This document shows positions 36,314-46,858 of a stretch of DNA of 64,000 bases, in pieces (positions within the stretch are counted from its first letter, which is position 1; the number at the start of each line of letters is the position of its first letter). The notes beneath the pieces were generated by a model. The model was not told where the DNA came from. It ran no database searches and saw only the letters and a program-made list of their open reading frames with translations. The stretch is from Candidatus Eiseniibacteriota bacterium (GTDB lineage: Bacteria; Eisenbacteria; RBG-16-71-46; CAZAMP01), in assembly GCA_965224245.1 (NCBI GenBank), contig OZ245046.1:6304001-6368000 (forward strand), written 5' to 3'. Position numbers and translations under genes: made by a program.

Positions 36314-39151
36314 GTGAGTAGAGGGCTTCGGCCGGACGACCGGATCTCCCACTACCGCGTGGTGCGACCGCTTGGCTCCGGCGGGATGGGAGAGGTGTAC
36401 CTGGCGCACGATGAGGATCTGGAGCGAGACGTCGCCCTCAAGGTCCTCCCGACCGACATGGTGCGGAACCAGGAACGTGTTCGCCGGTTCGTTCGCGAGG
36501 CCAAGTCCACGTCCTCGCTCAATCATCCCAACATCGTGGCGATCTATGAGATCGGGAACGAGCGTGTGATCGCCGGGGAAGACGGCGAGTCCGCGTCCGA
36601 TCCGATCCACTTCATCTCCATGGAGCTCGTGACCGGAGACACCCTGGGCGACCGGATTCGCTCGCGCGAGACCCCACTCCCGACCCTGCTCGAGTGCCTC
36701 GTGCAAGCCGCGGAGGGACTCGCGAAGGCGCACGGTGCGGGCATCGTTCATCGCGATCTCAAGCCTTCGAACATCATGATCTCGGACGACGGGTACGCAA
36801 AGGTGCTCGACTTCGGGCTGGCCAAGCTCCTCGAGCCCGAGTTGCTCCCGGGAGACCTGTCCAATGCCACCACCGCTTCGCTACAGATGACGGGGAGCGG
36901 CGCTCTGCTGGGAACCGTGGGGTACATGTCGCCCGAGCAGATTCAGGGGAAAGCGGTCGATCATCGGTCAGACATCTTCTCCTTCGGCTGTGTCCTCTAC
37001 GAGTGCGTCACCGGGGAGCGTGCCTTTCGAGCGGACACCGACGTGGGGACCTTGCATCAGATCCTGCACCAGGCGCCGGCTCCGATCGAGGAGCGAAGCC
37101 CGGACGTGCCTCGTGCGCTGCAGCGGCTGATCCGGCGCTGCCTCGTGCGAGACCCGGACCGGCGACTGCAGTCGATGAAGGACCTGGCCATCGAGCTCCA
37201 TGAAATCGTCGACGAGTACGAGGCACTCCTATCGCCCGGCGGATCCTCCGCCGCGCCGAGATCCGGGACTCGGCCGGTGATCGGGAGCGGTCGCTTCCCA
37301 GCGGTGCTCGCAGGTATCGTCGCCGTCGTGGCCCTGGTCACGATCGTCCTCGGTCTCGACGCCTTGCTGCGCGGATCGGAATCGCTATCGCCCGGCGAGA
37401 TGTCGCCGGCTCCTCCTCGCGTCACGGGAATCCAGAGCGATGTCGCGGCGTGCGCGCTGTCCCCCGACGGGAAGTACCTGGCCTACACGGAAGGGTTCAT
37501 GGGGCGCGAGGGGCTCTGGATCCGCCAGCTGGCCACCGGGAGCAGCGTGCAGCTGTCTGCTGCGGTTCAGGACGTCAGCGAGTCCATCAGCTTCTCACCG
37601 GACGGGAGCTACGTCTACTTCGGGGGCCAGAGCCTCGATAGTGACCTCGTGACGGTCTACCGGGTCCCGTCCCTCGGGGGGTCGCCGCAGAGTATCCTCG
37701 CCGACGTCGATAGTCGGTTGAGCTTCTCGCCGGACGGGAGGCAGGCGTGCTTTCGGCGGGGGAAGCTGGACAAGTCAGCCGTCGTCGCCACGGATCTGAT
37801 CCTCGTCGATCTGGAGACAGGTGAAGAGGAGGTGCTTCTGCATGGCCCGGGGTTCACCTTCCGCAGTCCGGCGTGGTCCCCCTCCGGGGAGAGGATCGCG
37901 GCATTCCACGGAGATCCGGACACCCTCCTCGTCATCGACGCCGTGACCGGAGAGTACGAGCCGCTGGGTCGTGTCTGGTACGAGGCGTCGTCATGCGCGT
38001 GGTTGCCGAACGAGCGTGGGGTGATCGTGACCGCGCAGGGGGCTCCGGACGAGCACGCCCAGATCTGGAGCGTCAACCATCCGGACGGCGTCGTGCGGCG
38101 ACTCACCGCAGACCAGGACTCCTACGGCGACGTCAGCGTGACCGCCGATGGACGCGTCTTGGCTGCACGCAGGGTGGTGTGGCCCGTCAGCCTCTGGTCG
38201 GCGCCCGTGGCGGGAGAGCCGGACCCGCGACGGCTGTTGAGGAGTGCGGGAGGCACCGGTGGCATGGAGATGTTCTTCGACTTCGTGGATGACGGACACA
38301 TCGTGGCCACCTGGGACGGACAGCTGCAGCTGCTGGACGGACAGGGCCGGTTGTTTCGCTCGGTCACCGATACACCCGGCACTCGCAGTTTCAGCCCGTG
38401 GGCGTCGCCGGGTGGGATCCTGTTCGAGCGATTCACGCTGGAGGAGGAGGCGCATCACATATGGCGCGTCGATCTCGCCAGCGGCACGCCGAGTCGGCTC
38501 ACCTCGGGCCCCGAAGAGCACATCCTGTTCAGCTCGCCGCACGGATACATCTATCGCGTGGAGAGAATCGCCGACGAGCTGTTCATCGGGTCCGTGACGG
38601 GGCAGGGGCCTCGCAGGATCCCGGGTACCTCGCCTTGCGCCATCTCCCCGGATGGCAGGTGGGTGTTCAACGCCCTCTACGAGGATCCGTCAGGCCCACG
38701 GCGCCTCGTGGTCCGAGCGATGGACACGCTGGAGCCACAGCTCGAGTTCGACCTGGCCCGCCCATCCGGCATCGCGTGGACGCCGGAGAGCGATGCGGTT
38801 GCTCACGTCATCCGTGTCGGAGAGAGTCAGCAAATCGTCCTCCAGCCACTGGACGGGGGCCAGAGGCGCACTCTCGTGAGAATCAGCCCACCCCACCTGG
38901 GTGTCCTGGGGGACAATGTGTGGCACTCCTTCCGCTGGTCTCCCGATGGAGAGCAGCTCTGTCTGAGGTTCTGGGAGAATGGCGTGAACAATCTCAGGGT
39001 CGTCCCTTCTTCCGGCGGAGAACCCCGGCCGATCACGAACTTCAGCGCCGGTCTCATCTACCACTGGGACTGGGCGCCCGACAGTCGGAGCGTGTACTTC
39101 ACCGCCGGGGACTTGGAGCAGGACGCGGTGCTGATCCACGACTTCGAGTAG
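36314..39151 (+). CDS. Membrane Ser/Thr kinase with TolB/PD40-like beta-propellers
   Basis: GSGGMG, HRDLKPSN, DFG, YMSPEQ; one TM; repeated SPDG/WSPDG motifs. Confidence 0.92.
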   Translation: MSRGLRPDDRISHYRVVRPLGSGGMGEVYLAHDEDLERDVALKVLPTDMVRNQERVRRFVREAKSTSSLNHPNIVAIYEIGNERVIAGEDGESASDPIHFISMELVTGDTLGDRIRSRETPLPTLLECLVQAAEGLAKAHGAGIVHRDLKPSNIMISDDGYAKVLDFGLAKLLEPELLPGDLSNATTASLQMTGSGALLGTVGYMSPEQIQGKAVDHRSDIFSFGCVLYECVTGERAFRADTDVGTLHQILHQAPAPIEERSPDVPRALQRLIRRCLVRDPDRRLQSMKDLAIELHEIVDEYEALLSPGGSSAAPRSGTRPVIGSGRFPAVLAGIVAVVALVTIVLGLDALLRGSESLSPGEMSPAPPRVTGIQSDVAACALSPDGKYLAYTEGFMGREGLWIRQLATGSSVQLSAAVQDVSESISFSPDGSYVYFGGQSLDSDLVTVYRVPSLGGSPQSILADVDSRLSFSPDGRQACFRRGKLDKSAVVATDLILVDLETGEEEVLLHGPGFTFRSPAWSPSGERIAAFHGDPDTLLVIDAVTGEYEPLGRVWYEASSCAWLPNERGVIVTAQGAPDEHAQIWSVNHPDGVVRRLTADQDSYGDVSVTADGRVLAARRVVWPVSLWSAPVAGEPDPRRLLRSAGGTGGMEMFFDFVDDGHIVATWDGQLQLLDGQGRLFRSVTDTPGTRSFSPWASPGGILFERFTLEEEAHHIWRVDLASGTPSRLTSGPEEHILFSSPHGYIYRVERIADELFIGSVTGQGPRRIPGTSPCAISPDGRWVFNALYEDPSGPRRLVVRAMDTLEPQLEFDLARPSGIAWTPESDAVAHVIRVGESQQIVLQPLDGGQRRTLVRISPPHLGVLGDNVWHSFRWSPDGEQLCLRFWENGVNNLRVVPSSGGEPRPITNFSAGLIYHWDWAPDSRSVYFTAGDLEQDAVLIHDFE

Positions 39152-39267
39152 ATCCGCACACGAGTTCTCGGGAGGGACAGTTGCCGAAGCACTGCCATCG
39201 GAGGGCGCCGTGACGTCGCTCGAGTCCTCGGATACACGCGATCAGGCGCCCGGACCTGGAGCGAGAC

Positions 39268-39933
39268 GTGAGTGGTGATCGACACGCGAACGACGATGCA
39301 CGCGCCGGCGACGGTTCGCTGCCCGGCGGCGACACGTCCGACTGGAGAGATCTCCCTCCCGCCGCGGATCCACAGGAGGTCACGAGCGTTCTGCGCGAGG
39401 CCTCGCAAGGCGACGGCAAGGCGGTCGACCGGCTGATGCCCATCGTGTACGGGGAGCTGCGACGGCTTGCCCAGAGCTTCCTCCACCGCGAGCGTGCCGA
39501 TCACACGCTCCAGGCCACGGCGCTCGTGCACGAGGCGTACCTTCGCCTCATCGACCAGTCACGCGTCGAGTGGCAGGGCCGGGCCCACTTCTTCGCGGTC
39601 GCCTCGCAGGCCATCCGTCGCATCCTCGTCGACCACGCCCGATCGCGCGGCCGGAAGAAGCGCGGCGGCGATCTCCGGAAGCTGTCGCTCGACGACGTGC
39701 CCACTCTCGGCGGCGACGTCACCTACACGGACCTCGTCGCGCTGGACGAGGCGCTCGCGCGATTCTCCGCCGAGAAGCCGAAGCAGGCACAGGCCGTGGT
39801 GATGCGGTTTTTCGGCGGGCTCACGAACCAGGAGGTGGCCGAGGTCATGGGCGTGACCACGCGTACGGTGGAGAGCTACTGGCAGTTCGGGCGCGCATGG
39901 CTCTACCGGGAGCTCTCCCGCGGCGAGGACTGA
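39268..39933 (+). CDS. ECF sigma factor, kinase-associated type
   Basis: VYGELRRLA...HTLQATALVHEAYLRL...RRILVDHAR...KRGG...RFFGGL...ARAWL-like; adjacent to a kinase gene; no anti-sigma gene. Confidence 0.92.
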   Translation: MSGDRHANDDARAGDGSLPGGDTSDWRDLPPAADPQEVTSVLREASQGDGKAVDRLMPIVYGELRRLAQSFLHRERADHTLQATALVHEAYLRLIDQSRVEWQGRAHFFAVASQAIRRILVDHARSRGRKKRGGDLRKLSLDDVPTLGGDVTYTDLVALDEALARFSAEKPKQAQAVVMRFFGGLTNQEVAEVMGVTTRTVESYWQFGRAWLYRELSRGED

Positions 39934-39948
39934 GCGCCGCGCGATCCG

Positions 39949-42945
39949 GTGAGTCCGCTATACTCGGACGCGTCGATCGGTCGGATCCGGCCGTCCGATC
40001 GGGGACACCCGGGATCCCAGGAGTACGGCATCGACTCGTCCGACGACAAGACCGACCTCGTCAATGCGCTCTTCTTCCGACTCCTCGAGGCCGCGCCGGC
40101 CGACCGCGCCCGCCTGCTCGACGAGGCCTGCGCCGGCAAACCCTCCCTCCGATCGGACATCGAGTCGCTCCTCGCCGCGCACGCGTCGGCCGGCGGATTC
40201 CTCGAGGCGCCGGCGCTGGAGGAGAACCTCGCGTCGCCTTCCTCGCCCGGGAAGGCCGATGCCGCGGGTCACCTCGGGCGGACCATCGGTGCCTATCGCC
40301 TGGAGCGGGTGCTCGGCGCCGGCGGGATGGGGACGGTCTATCTCGCCGAGCGCGCGGATGCGGAGTTCGAGCACCGGGTGGCAATCAAGCTCATCCGGCC
40401 CGGGCTCGGCACCGAGGACATCCTGCAGCGGTTCCGCAACGAGCGTCAGGTGCTCGCGCGCCTCGAGCACCCGAACATCGCCCGTCTGATCGACGGCGGA
40501 GCCACCGACGATGGACAGCCCTACCTCGTCATGGAGTACGTCGACGGCGAGCCGATCGATCGCCACTGCAAGAACCGGCGGCTCTCGCTTCGCGATCGGC
40601 TCGATCTGTTTCGCACGGTCTGCTCCGCGGTGCACTATGCCCACCAGAACCTCATCGTTCACCGCGATCTCAAGCCAAGCAACATCCTGGTGGACACGTC
40701 GGGACGGGTGAAGCTGCTCGACTTCGGCGTGGCCAAGATGATCGGCACCGACGATGGCGACGCAGGCGGCGCCGAGATGCACGACGTCACGCTGACCGGG
40801 CAGCGCGTCCTCACACCGCGATATGCCAGCCCCGAGCAGGTGCGCGGCGAGCCGGTCTCGACCGCGAGCGACGTGTACTCGCTCGGCGTCGTGCTGTTTC
40901 AGCTCCTGACCGGGGAGCTGCCGTACCGCCCCGCGACCACATCTCCCCGCGATCTCGAGCGCGCGATCTGCGAGGACGAGCCCACGCGACCCAGCACCGC
41001 GGCCCGCGACGCCGACCGCGACGCCGCCGGGCTCCCCGAGGAGCAGGCCGTCCTCGCCAGCCGACTCAGCGGCGACCTCGACACCATCCTCCTCATGTCG
41101 CTGCGCAAGGAGCCCGAGCGCCGCTACGGATCCGCCCGCGAGCTCGCCGACGACATCCGCCGGCACGAGGACGGGTTCCCGGTCCTGGCCCGCCCGGACA
41201 CGCTGCGCTATCGCGCGGAGAAGTTCGTGCGGCGCAATCGCGTGCTCGTGGGATCGCTGGTCGTGGTGTTCCTGGCGCTCGCCATCGCCGTCGTGGTCAG
41301 CACCGCCGCGTTCATGCGCGCCGAGCGCGAACGCGAGCGTGCCGAGATGGCCAGGGCGAATGCGGAGCGTCGGTTCGATCAGGTCCGCCGGATGGCCAAC
41401 GTGATGCTGTTCGACATCCACGACGCGATCGAGAAGCTGGAGGGCGCGACCCCGGCCCGGAAGCTCCTCATCGAGAACGGACTCGCGTACCTCGACAGCC
41501 TGTCGAACGACGCGAGCGACGATCCGGAGCTCCTGTTCGATCTCGCCGAGGGCTACAAGCGGCTCGCGGCGCTCCAGGGCATCTGGACGATCGGAAACCT
41601 CGGTGACTTCGCCGGCGCGCTCACGAGCTACCGCAAGGCCGAACGCCTGCTCATGCGGCGGCTGGAGAACGACGTCGATCCCTTCGAGACCAGGCAGTCG
41701 CTCATCGGAATCTACCGTGGCATGGCCGACGTCGAGGCGAAGCTCGGCCACCAGGCGCTGGCGGTGGAGACCTACGAGAAGCAGATCCGTATCGCCGACG
41801 AGCTCGGGCTGTCCAGGCAGGACAGCCGCCCCAGCCAGCGTCTCCGGTACGTGGGACGCATGCAGCTGGGCAAGGTGCTCAACGAGATGGGACGTCCGGA
41901 CGCCTCGCTCGCCGCCTACAGCGCCGCCTCCAGGATCCTGGACACACTCCGGACGCGGGATCCCGACTTCACCGAGTTCGACCGCGATCGCTACATCATC
42001 CACGACCGAATCGGGCTCCTGCGCGCGGCGCGTGGCGAGTTCCCCGAGGCCGTGGCCAATCTGCGCGACGCCCACGTTATCGTCGCGCGTCTCATGGAGG
42101 CCGACCCGAGCAACGCGCAGTTCAGGAGCGACCTCAGCCAGGTGTACTGGTCGATGTCGGAGATCCAGCGACAGGCCGGCGAGCTGGACTCCGCGCTCGT
42201 CTACATCCGTGGATCCCTGGCCATCGACGAGGCGATCTTCGAGGCCGACCCGGAGAATCGTCTGTTCCGATCCTACGTGAGCTCGGGCCACGAGACGGTG
42301 GGCGACATTCACGTCGCCCTCGGCGACACGCTGGCCGCGGCGCGAGCCTACGGACGCTCGTTCGAGCTGCGTCGCGCGATCGGGGGACCGGATGCCGCCT
42401 TCGCCGGCCGGCTGGACCTCGTGCTGGTGCAGCAGAAGCTCGCCGACCTCCAGACGCGCGCGGGCCGGCCACGCGACGGACACGATCTCTTCGTCGAGGC
42501 GGTGGCCATGGGGCAGCGGCTGACCGCGGAGGACTCGACGAGCGTCCGCGCTGCCCGCGCGCTCGTGGAGGGATACCATGGCCTCGGACGCGCGCGTCGC
42601 GACCTGGGCGACCTGGATGGCGCCGACGACGCCCTGCGCGCGTCGCACGCGCTTGCCGTGGATCTCATCGATCGCTGGCCGGACGCGACGTGGCCGTTCG
42701 AGCTGGCGATGGCCGCCGGGCGGGACCTCGGCCGACTGCACGAGCGACGCTCGCACGAGACCGCCGCAGGCGCCGCGCGCGCTGCCGCACTGGTCGAGGC
42801 CCGGCGCTGGTTCGACGTCGGCCGCGCGCTGGCGGACTCCGCCGCGTCACGTGGACACGCCAGCCCGGCGCTCACGTCCGCCGGCCGCGAGCTCGCCGCG
42901 GACGTTTCGCGATGCGATCGCGCGATCGCCGCGGCCGGGCGCTGA
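39949..42945 (+). CDS. Ser/Thr kinase with TM segment and TPR-like helical repeats
   Basis: N-terminal LDEAC...LRSDIESLL cap; GAGGMG, HRDLKPSN, DFG, TPRYASPEQ; GDLDTI; C-terminal helical repeats. Start uncertain. Confidence 0.92.
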   Translation: MSPLYSDASIGRIRPSDRGHPGSQEYGIDSSDDKTDLVNALFFRLLEAAPADRARLLDEACAGKPSLRSDIESLLAAHASAGGFLEAPALEENLASPSSPGKADAAGHLGRTIGAYRLERVLGAGGMGTVYLAERADAEFEHRVAIKLIRPGLGTEDILQRFRNERQVLARLEHPNIARLIDGGATDDGQPYLVMEYVDGEPIDRHCKNRRLSLRDRLDLFRTVCSAVHYAHQNLIVHRDLKPSNILVDTSGRVKLLDFGVAKMIGTDDGDAGGAEMHDVTLTGQRVLTPRYASPEQVRGEPVSTASDVYSLGVVLFQLLTGELPYRPATTSPRDLERAICEDEPTRPSTAARDADRDAAGLPEEQAVLASRLSGDLDTILLMSLRKEPERRYGSARELADDIRRHEDGFPVLARPDTLRYRAEKFVRRNRVLVGSLVVVFLALAIAVVVSTAAFMRAERERERAEMARANAERRFDQVRRMANVMLFDIHDAIEKLEGATPARKLLIENGLAYLDSLSNDASDDPELLFDLAEGYKRLAALQGIWTIGNLGDFAGALTSYRKAERLLMRRLENDVDPFETRQSLIGIYRGMADVEAKLGHQALAVETYEKQIRIADELGLSRQDSRPSQRLRYVGRMQLGKVLNEMGRPDASLAAYSAASRILDTLRTRDPDFTEFDRDRYIIHDRIGLLRAARGEFPEAVANLRDAHVIVARLMEADPSNAQFRSDLSQVYWSMSEIQRQAGELDSALVYIRGSLAIDEAIFEADPENRLFRSYVSSGHETVGDIHVALGDTLAAARAYGRSFELRRAIGGPDAAFAGRLDLVLVQQKLADLQTRAGRPRDGHDLFVEAVAMGQRLTAEDSTSVRAARALVEGYHGLGRARRDLGDLDGADDALRASHALAVDLIDRWPDATWPFELAMAAGRDLGRLHERRSHETAAGAARAAALVEARRWFDVGRALADSAASRGHASPALTSAGRELAADVSRCDRAIAAAGR

Positions 42946-43081
42946 CCGCGCGCTTCCCGACTTTTCGCACTTTTTGCTTCGGGTTTTCCCCGCGTCCGAC
43001 GCGTGAGTGGTTCGAGCGAGCCCGGCCCCAGGCCGAGGTTCCCACCGACGACCACCACCAGACGACGACGAGGGAGATCTC

Positions 43082-46000
43082 ATGAACTGCAGAATCGCAC
43101 TGGCAATCGCGGTAACCCCGCTTCTGTTAACGACTTCGACTGCCGGATGGGCGGCCACGCTCCACGTGGACGGCTCGGCCACCGGCGCCGACGACGGCTC
43201 TTCCTGGGCGGACGCTTACGTGGATCTCCAGTCGGCGCTCGGCGCCGCCGTCGCCGGCGACGAGATCTGGGTCGCGGGGGGGACGTACACCCCGACCTCC
43301 GGATCGGACCGGACCGCCACCTTCGAGCTGGTCGACGCCGTGGCCTTGTACGGAGGCTTCGCCGGAACCGAGACCACCGTCGGTGAGCGCGACATCGAGG
43401 CCAACCTGACCGTGCTCAGCGGCGACCTGGGCGTCCTCGACGACGCAGCCGACAACAGCTACCACGTGGTCACCATCCCCTTCGGGACGATCACGGCCAC
43501 CGTGCTCGACGGCTTCCGCATCGTCGACGGCATGGCCGACGGCGGCGTCCTCGACGCCGACGGCGCCGGCATGCACGTGCGCGGAGCGGCCACCATCGTC
43601 AACGTCGCCTTCCTCGACAACGAGGCCGCCGGCAACGGCGGTGGCCTCTACGCCCAGGGCGCGACCGTCTCCTTGTCGAACGTGCGGTTCGTCGCAAACC
43701 TCGCCGACGACGGCGCAGGGATGTACTCCTCCGGGAGCAACTTCCTTCTGGACGGCGCGCGGTTCGTGGACAACGAGGCGACGAGCAACGGAGGCGGGAT
43801 CTCGAAGTCCGGAGGCGATGCCACGCTGAGTGACGTCGACTTCGACGGGAACTCGGCCGGCAACGACGGCGGCGGGCTGCGGACGGGAACCGGCACCGTG
43901 ACGCTCGATCGGATCACGTTCGAGAGCAACAGCGCCGCCTACGGTGGAGGTCTCAACGCCTCGCTCACTTCGGGCACTCCGAAGATGTCGAACCTGGTCT
44001 TCGTGGGCAACTCGGCCGACTACGGCGGTGGCATGCATTTGACGAGCACGGACGTAGCCATGTGCAACGTGACCTTCCACGACAACAGCGCCGTCAACAC
44101 CGGCGGCGCCATGCGGCTCAGCTCCAGCGACCCGCTGGTGACGAACGCGGTGATGTGGGGGAACAGCGCTCCCACGTATTCGGAGGTCGAGTCGATCGGC
44201 TCGGACCCCGTGTTCGCGTACTCCCTGATCGCCGGCTCGGGCGGGAGCGGCACCGGCTGGGACGCGGCGCTCGGCACGGACGGTGGCAACAACATCGACA
44301 CCGATCCGCTCTTCGTGGACGCCACCAGCGGCGACCTGAGGACGGTACCGTCCTCGCCGGCGTTCGAGTCTGGCACGGGCGCACCGGCGGGGATCGCGCT
44401 TCCGGCCACCGATCGCGACGGCAACCCGCGTTTCGCCGGCGCTCAGGTCGACATGGGAGCCTACGAGATGGTGATCCTGTGCCCGTCGAGCGAGATCCTC
44501 TACGTAGACGCGGACGCCACCGGCGCCGGGACCGGTGACTCCTGGTCCGACGCGTTCACGGACCTCCAGGACGCGCTCGCGATCGCCCCGCACTGTGCGC
44601 TCGTGGAGGAGATCTGGGTGGCCGAAGGGACCTACCTGACGACCTCGACCACCGACCGGTCGCGCTCGTTCGTGATGGTCGACGGGATCGGCATCTACGG
44701 CGGCTTCGACGGCACCGAGGTCCTCCGCGACGAGCGCGAGGTCACCGCCCACAGCACGGTTCTCAGCGGCAAGATCGGTGACCCCGGCGACGAGACCGAC
44801 AACAGCTACCGCGTGGTCGATGACGCGGGCGTCGGCTCGACCGCCACCCTCGACGGCTTCACCATCACCGGCGGCTACGCCGACGACGCCGTGGTCAACG
44901 ACGGCGCCGGCATCCGCGTCGCCGGGAGCACGGTGCTCGAGAACCTCATCATCCTCTCGAACGACGCCACGGGCACGGGCGGCGGGATTCTCTTCGACGA
45001 CAGCGACGCCACGGTGACGAACGTGGTGGTCATCGCGAACTCGGCGGCGGTCGGCGGCGGCCTCTACATCACCTCGGGTAACAACTCCTTCGATGGGGTG
45101 ACGGTCACCTCCAACGACGCCACGAGCAGTGGCGGCGGCATCGAGATCCTCTCGGGGACACAGACCTTCACGGACCTCTCGCTCACGCACAACGTCGCCG
45201 TCGAGAGCGGTGGCGGGGTGAAGATCCACTCGTCGGACACCACGGTCGAGGGCGCGCTGATCCAGAACAACCTCGCCTGGGGTGGCGGGGCCGTGTGTGT
45301 CGGCGGCGGCGTGTACGTGTCCGGAAACGGGGTCGTCGTGCTCAGTGGCGCGGAGCTCGCGAACAACAGCTCCGAGGGTGAAGCCGGAGGTCTCTACGAC
45401 GTCGCCTACGGATCGACCACCGTGGTGAACTCCCTGTTCCTCGACAACCTCGCGCTCGAAGAGGGCGGCGCGGTGGTTTTGCGAGGCGCCACGGAGATTC
45501 TGAACTGCACCTTCGCCAGCAACATCGCGGGTACCGAGGGGGGAGCGCTCTATGTGGGCTCGGGCTACAGCCCGATGCTCACCAACAGCATCCTGTGGGA
45601 GAACTTCGCGCCGTTCGGAACCGAGGTCTACGTCGACGGGACACCGACGTTCTCCCACTGTCTCATCGCCGGATCGGGAGGCAGCGGCGCCTTCTGGGAC
45701 GCTTCGATCGGTATCGACGGCGGCAGCAATCTCGACGCCGACCCGCTCTTCGTCGACCTCGCCAACGACGACCCACGCCTCACCTACGGTTCGCCGGCGA
45801 CCGACGTCGGCGACGCGACGGTGGTCGGACTTCCTGCGGACGACCTCGACGGCAACGCCCGCATGTCCGGTGACGGCCTCGACCTCGGTGCATACGAGCT
45901 GGACCTCGGCCTGGATGTCCTGGCCATCGAGGATGTCGCGAACGACCAGGGGCGCAACGTGCGCATTCAGTTCGAGAGCTCGTTCCGCGACGAGGCCGGG

Positions 46001-46807
46001 TCGCTCACACCCATCGTCGCCTACGAGGCGTACCGCCGGAACGACGACCTCCCGGATCCCGACGCCCGCATTCCCGGGTGGGAGTTCGTGGGCTCGATCC
46101 CCGCACACGGCGAGTCGGAGTACCTCATGGTGGTGCCCACGCTCGCGGACTCGACGCTCTCTCAGGGCATGCACTGGACGACGTTCTTCATCCGCGCGGC
46201 GACCGACGATCCCGTGACGTTCTTCGACTCGAAGCCGGACTCCGGATACTCCGTGGACAACCTGGCGCCGGCGCCTCCGGGAAGCCCGCGCATGGCGAGC
46301 CCCGGTCTCCTCGAGTGGGACGATCCGATCGACGCGGACTTCGACTACTTCACGGTGTACGGATCGGAGTCCGACGCGCGCGACGGGAGCGAGGTCCTGA
46401 TCGGCCACACGTCGGAAACGAGCTTGGAGGTGGGCGCATCGAGCTTCTCGTTCTATCTCGTCACCGGCACGGACTTCTCGGGTAACGAGGGTCGGGCAGC
46501 GGCGACCGACGGCCCGTCGGCGGGCGTCGAGGCGCCGGAGGCGCCGATCGTCATGTCCCTCGGGGTACGACCGAACCCCTTCAATCCCACGACGACGATC
46601 CGCTACGCGGTACCCGAGGCGGGCCGCGTGACGCTGGCCGTGTACGACATCCGCGGTCGCCGGCTCGACACGCTGGTGGCCGGAGAGTACCGAGAGCCGA
46701 ACGTGTACGCGGTGCGGTACCAGCCCGAGCTGGCGAGCGGACAGTACTACCTGCGGCTGGAGGTGGGCGGACAGGTTCGTACCCGGACGCTGACCCTGCT
46801 TCAGTAA
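43082..46807 (+). CDS. Secreted tandem beta-helix (Pmp-like FxxN/GGA, choice-of-anchor Q-like) protein with CTD
   Basis: GAGGGAG RBS; two modules each starting VDxxATG...SWxDA and ending DxDGNxR...D(M/L)GAYE; NDQG domain; PNPFNP...YDIRGR. Confidence 0.88.
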   Translation: MNCRIALAIAVTPLLLTTSTAGWAATLHVDGSATGADDGSSWADAYVDLQSALGAAVAGDEIWVAGGTYTPTSGSDRTATFELVDAVALYGGFAGTETTVGERDIEANLTVLSGDLGVLDDAADNSYHVVTIPFGTITATVLDGFRIVDGMADGGVLDADGAGMHVRGAATIVNVAFLDNEAAGNGGGLYAQGATVSLSNVRFVANLADDGAGMYSSGSNFLLDGARFVDNEATSNGGGISKSGGDATLSDVDFDGNSAGNDGGGLRTGTGTVTLDRITFESNSAAYGGGLNASLTSGTPKMSNLVFVGNSADYGGGMHLTSTDVAMCNVTFHDNSAVNTGGAMRLSSSDPLVTNAVMWGNSAPTYSEVESIGSDPVFAYSLIAGSGGSGTGWDAALGTDGGNNIDTDPLFVDATSGDLRTVPSSPAFESGTGAPAGIALPATDRDGNPRFAGAQVDMGAYEMVILCPSSEILYVDADATGAGTGDSWSDAFTDLQDALAIAPHCALVEEIWVAEGTYLTTSTTDRSRSFVMVDGIGIYGGFDGTEVLRDEREVTAHSTVLSGKIGDPGDETDNSYRVVDDAGVGSTATLDGFTITGGYADDAVVNDGAGIRVAGSTVLENLIILSNDATGTGGGILFDDSDATVTNVVVIANSAAVGGGLYITSGNNSFDGVTVTSNDATSSGGGIEILSGTQTFTDLSLTHNVAVESGGGVKIHSSDTTVEGALIQNNLAWGGGAVCVGGGVYVSGNGVVVLSGAELANNSSEGEAGGLYDVAYGSTTVVNSLFLDNLALEEGGAVVLRGATEILNCTFASNIAGTEGGALYVGSGYSPMLTNSILWENFAPFGTEVYVDGTPTFSHCLIAGSGGSGAFWDASIGIDGGSNLDADPLFVDLANDDPRLTYGSPATDVGDATVVGLPADDLDGNARMSGDGLDLGAYELDLGLDVLAIEDVANDQGRNVRIQFESSFRDEAGSLTPIVAYEAYRRNDDLPDPDARIPGWEFVGSIPAHGESEYLMVVPTLADSTLSQGMHWTTFFIRAATDDPVTFFDSKPDSGYSVDNLAPAPPGSPRMASPGLLEWDDPIDADFDYFTVYGSESDARDGSEVLIGHTSETSLEVGASSFSFYLVTGTDFSGNEGRAAATDGPSAGVEAPEAPIVMSLGVRPNPFNPTTTIRYAVPEAGRVTLAVYDIRGRRLDTLVAGEYREPNVYAVRYQPELASGQYYLRLEVGGQVRTRTLTLLQ

Positions 46808-46814
46808 TCCTCGT

Positions 46815-46858
46815 GCGCTCACCTCGTCCGTCGCTGCGGGCGCGGGCGAGGTGAGCGC
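46815..46858 (+). terminator. Hairpin after the CTD gene
   Basis: GCGCTCACCTCG ... CGAGGTGAGCGC, 12-bp perfect arms 8 nt after TAA. Confidence 0.55.

Noticed and set aside
39570-42756. 678-aa plus and 932-aa minus ORFs overlapping the ECF and kinase genes
   Set aside because: Alternative-frame artefacts of GC3 bias with low-complexity Arg/Ala/Pro content.
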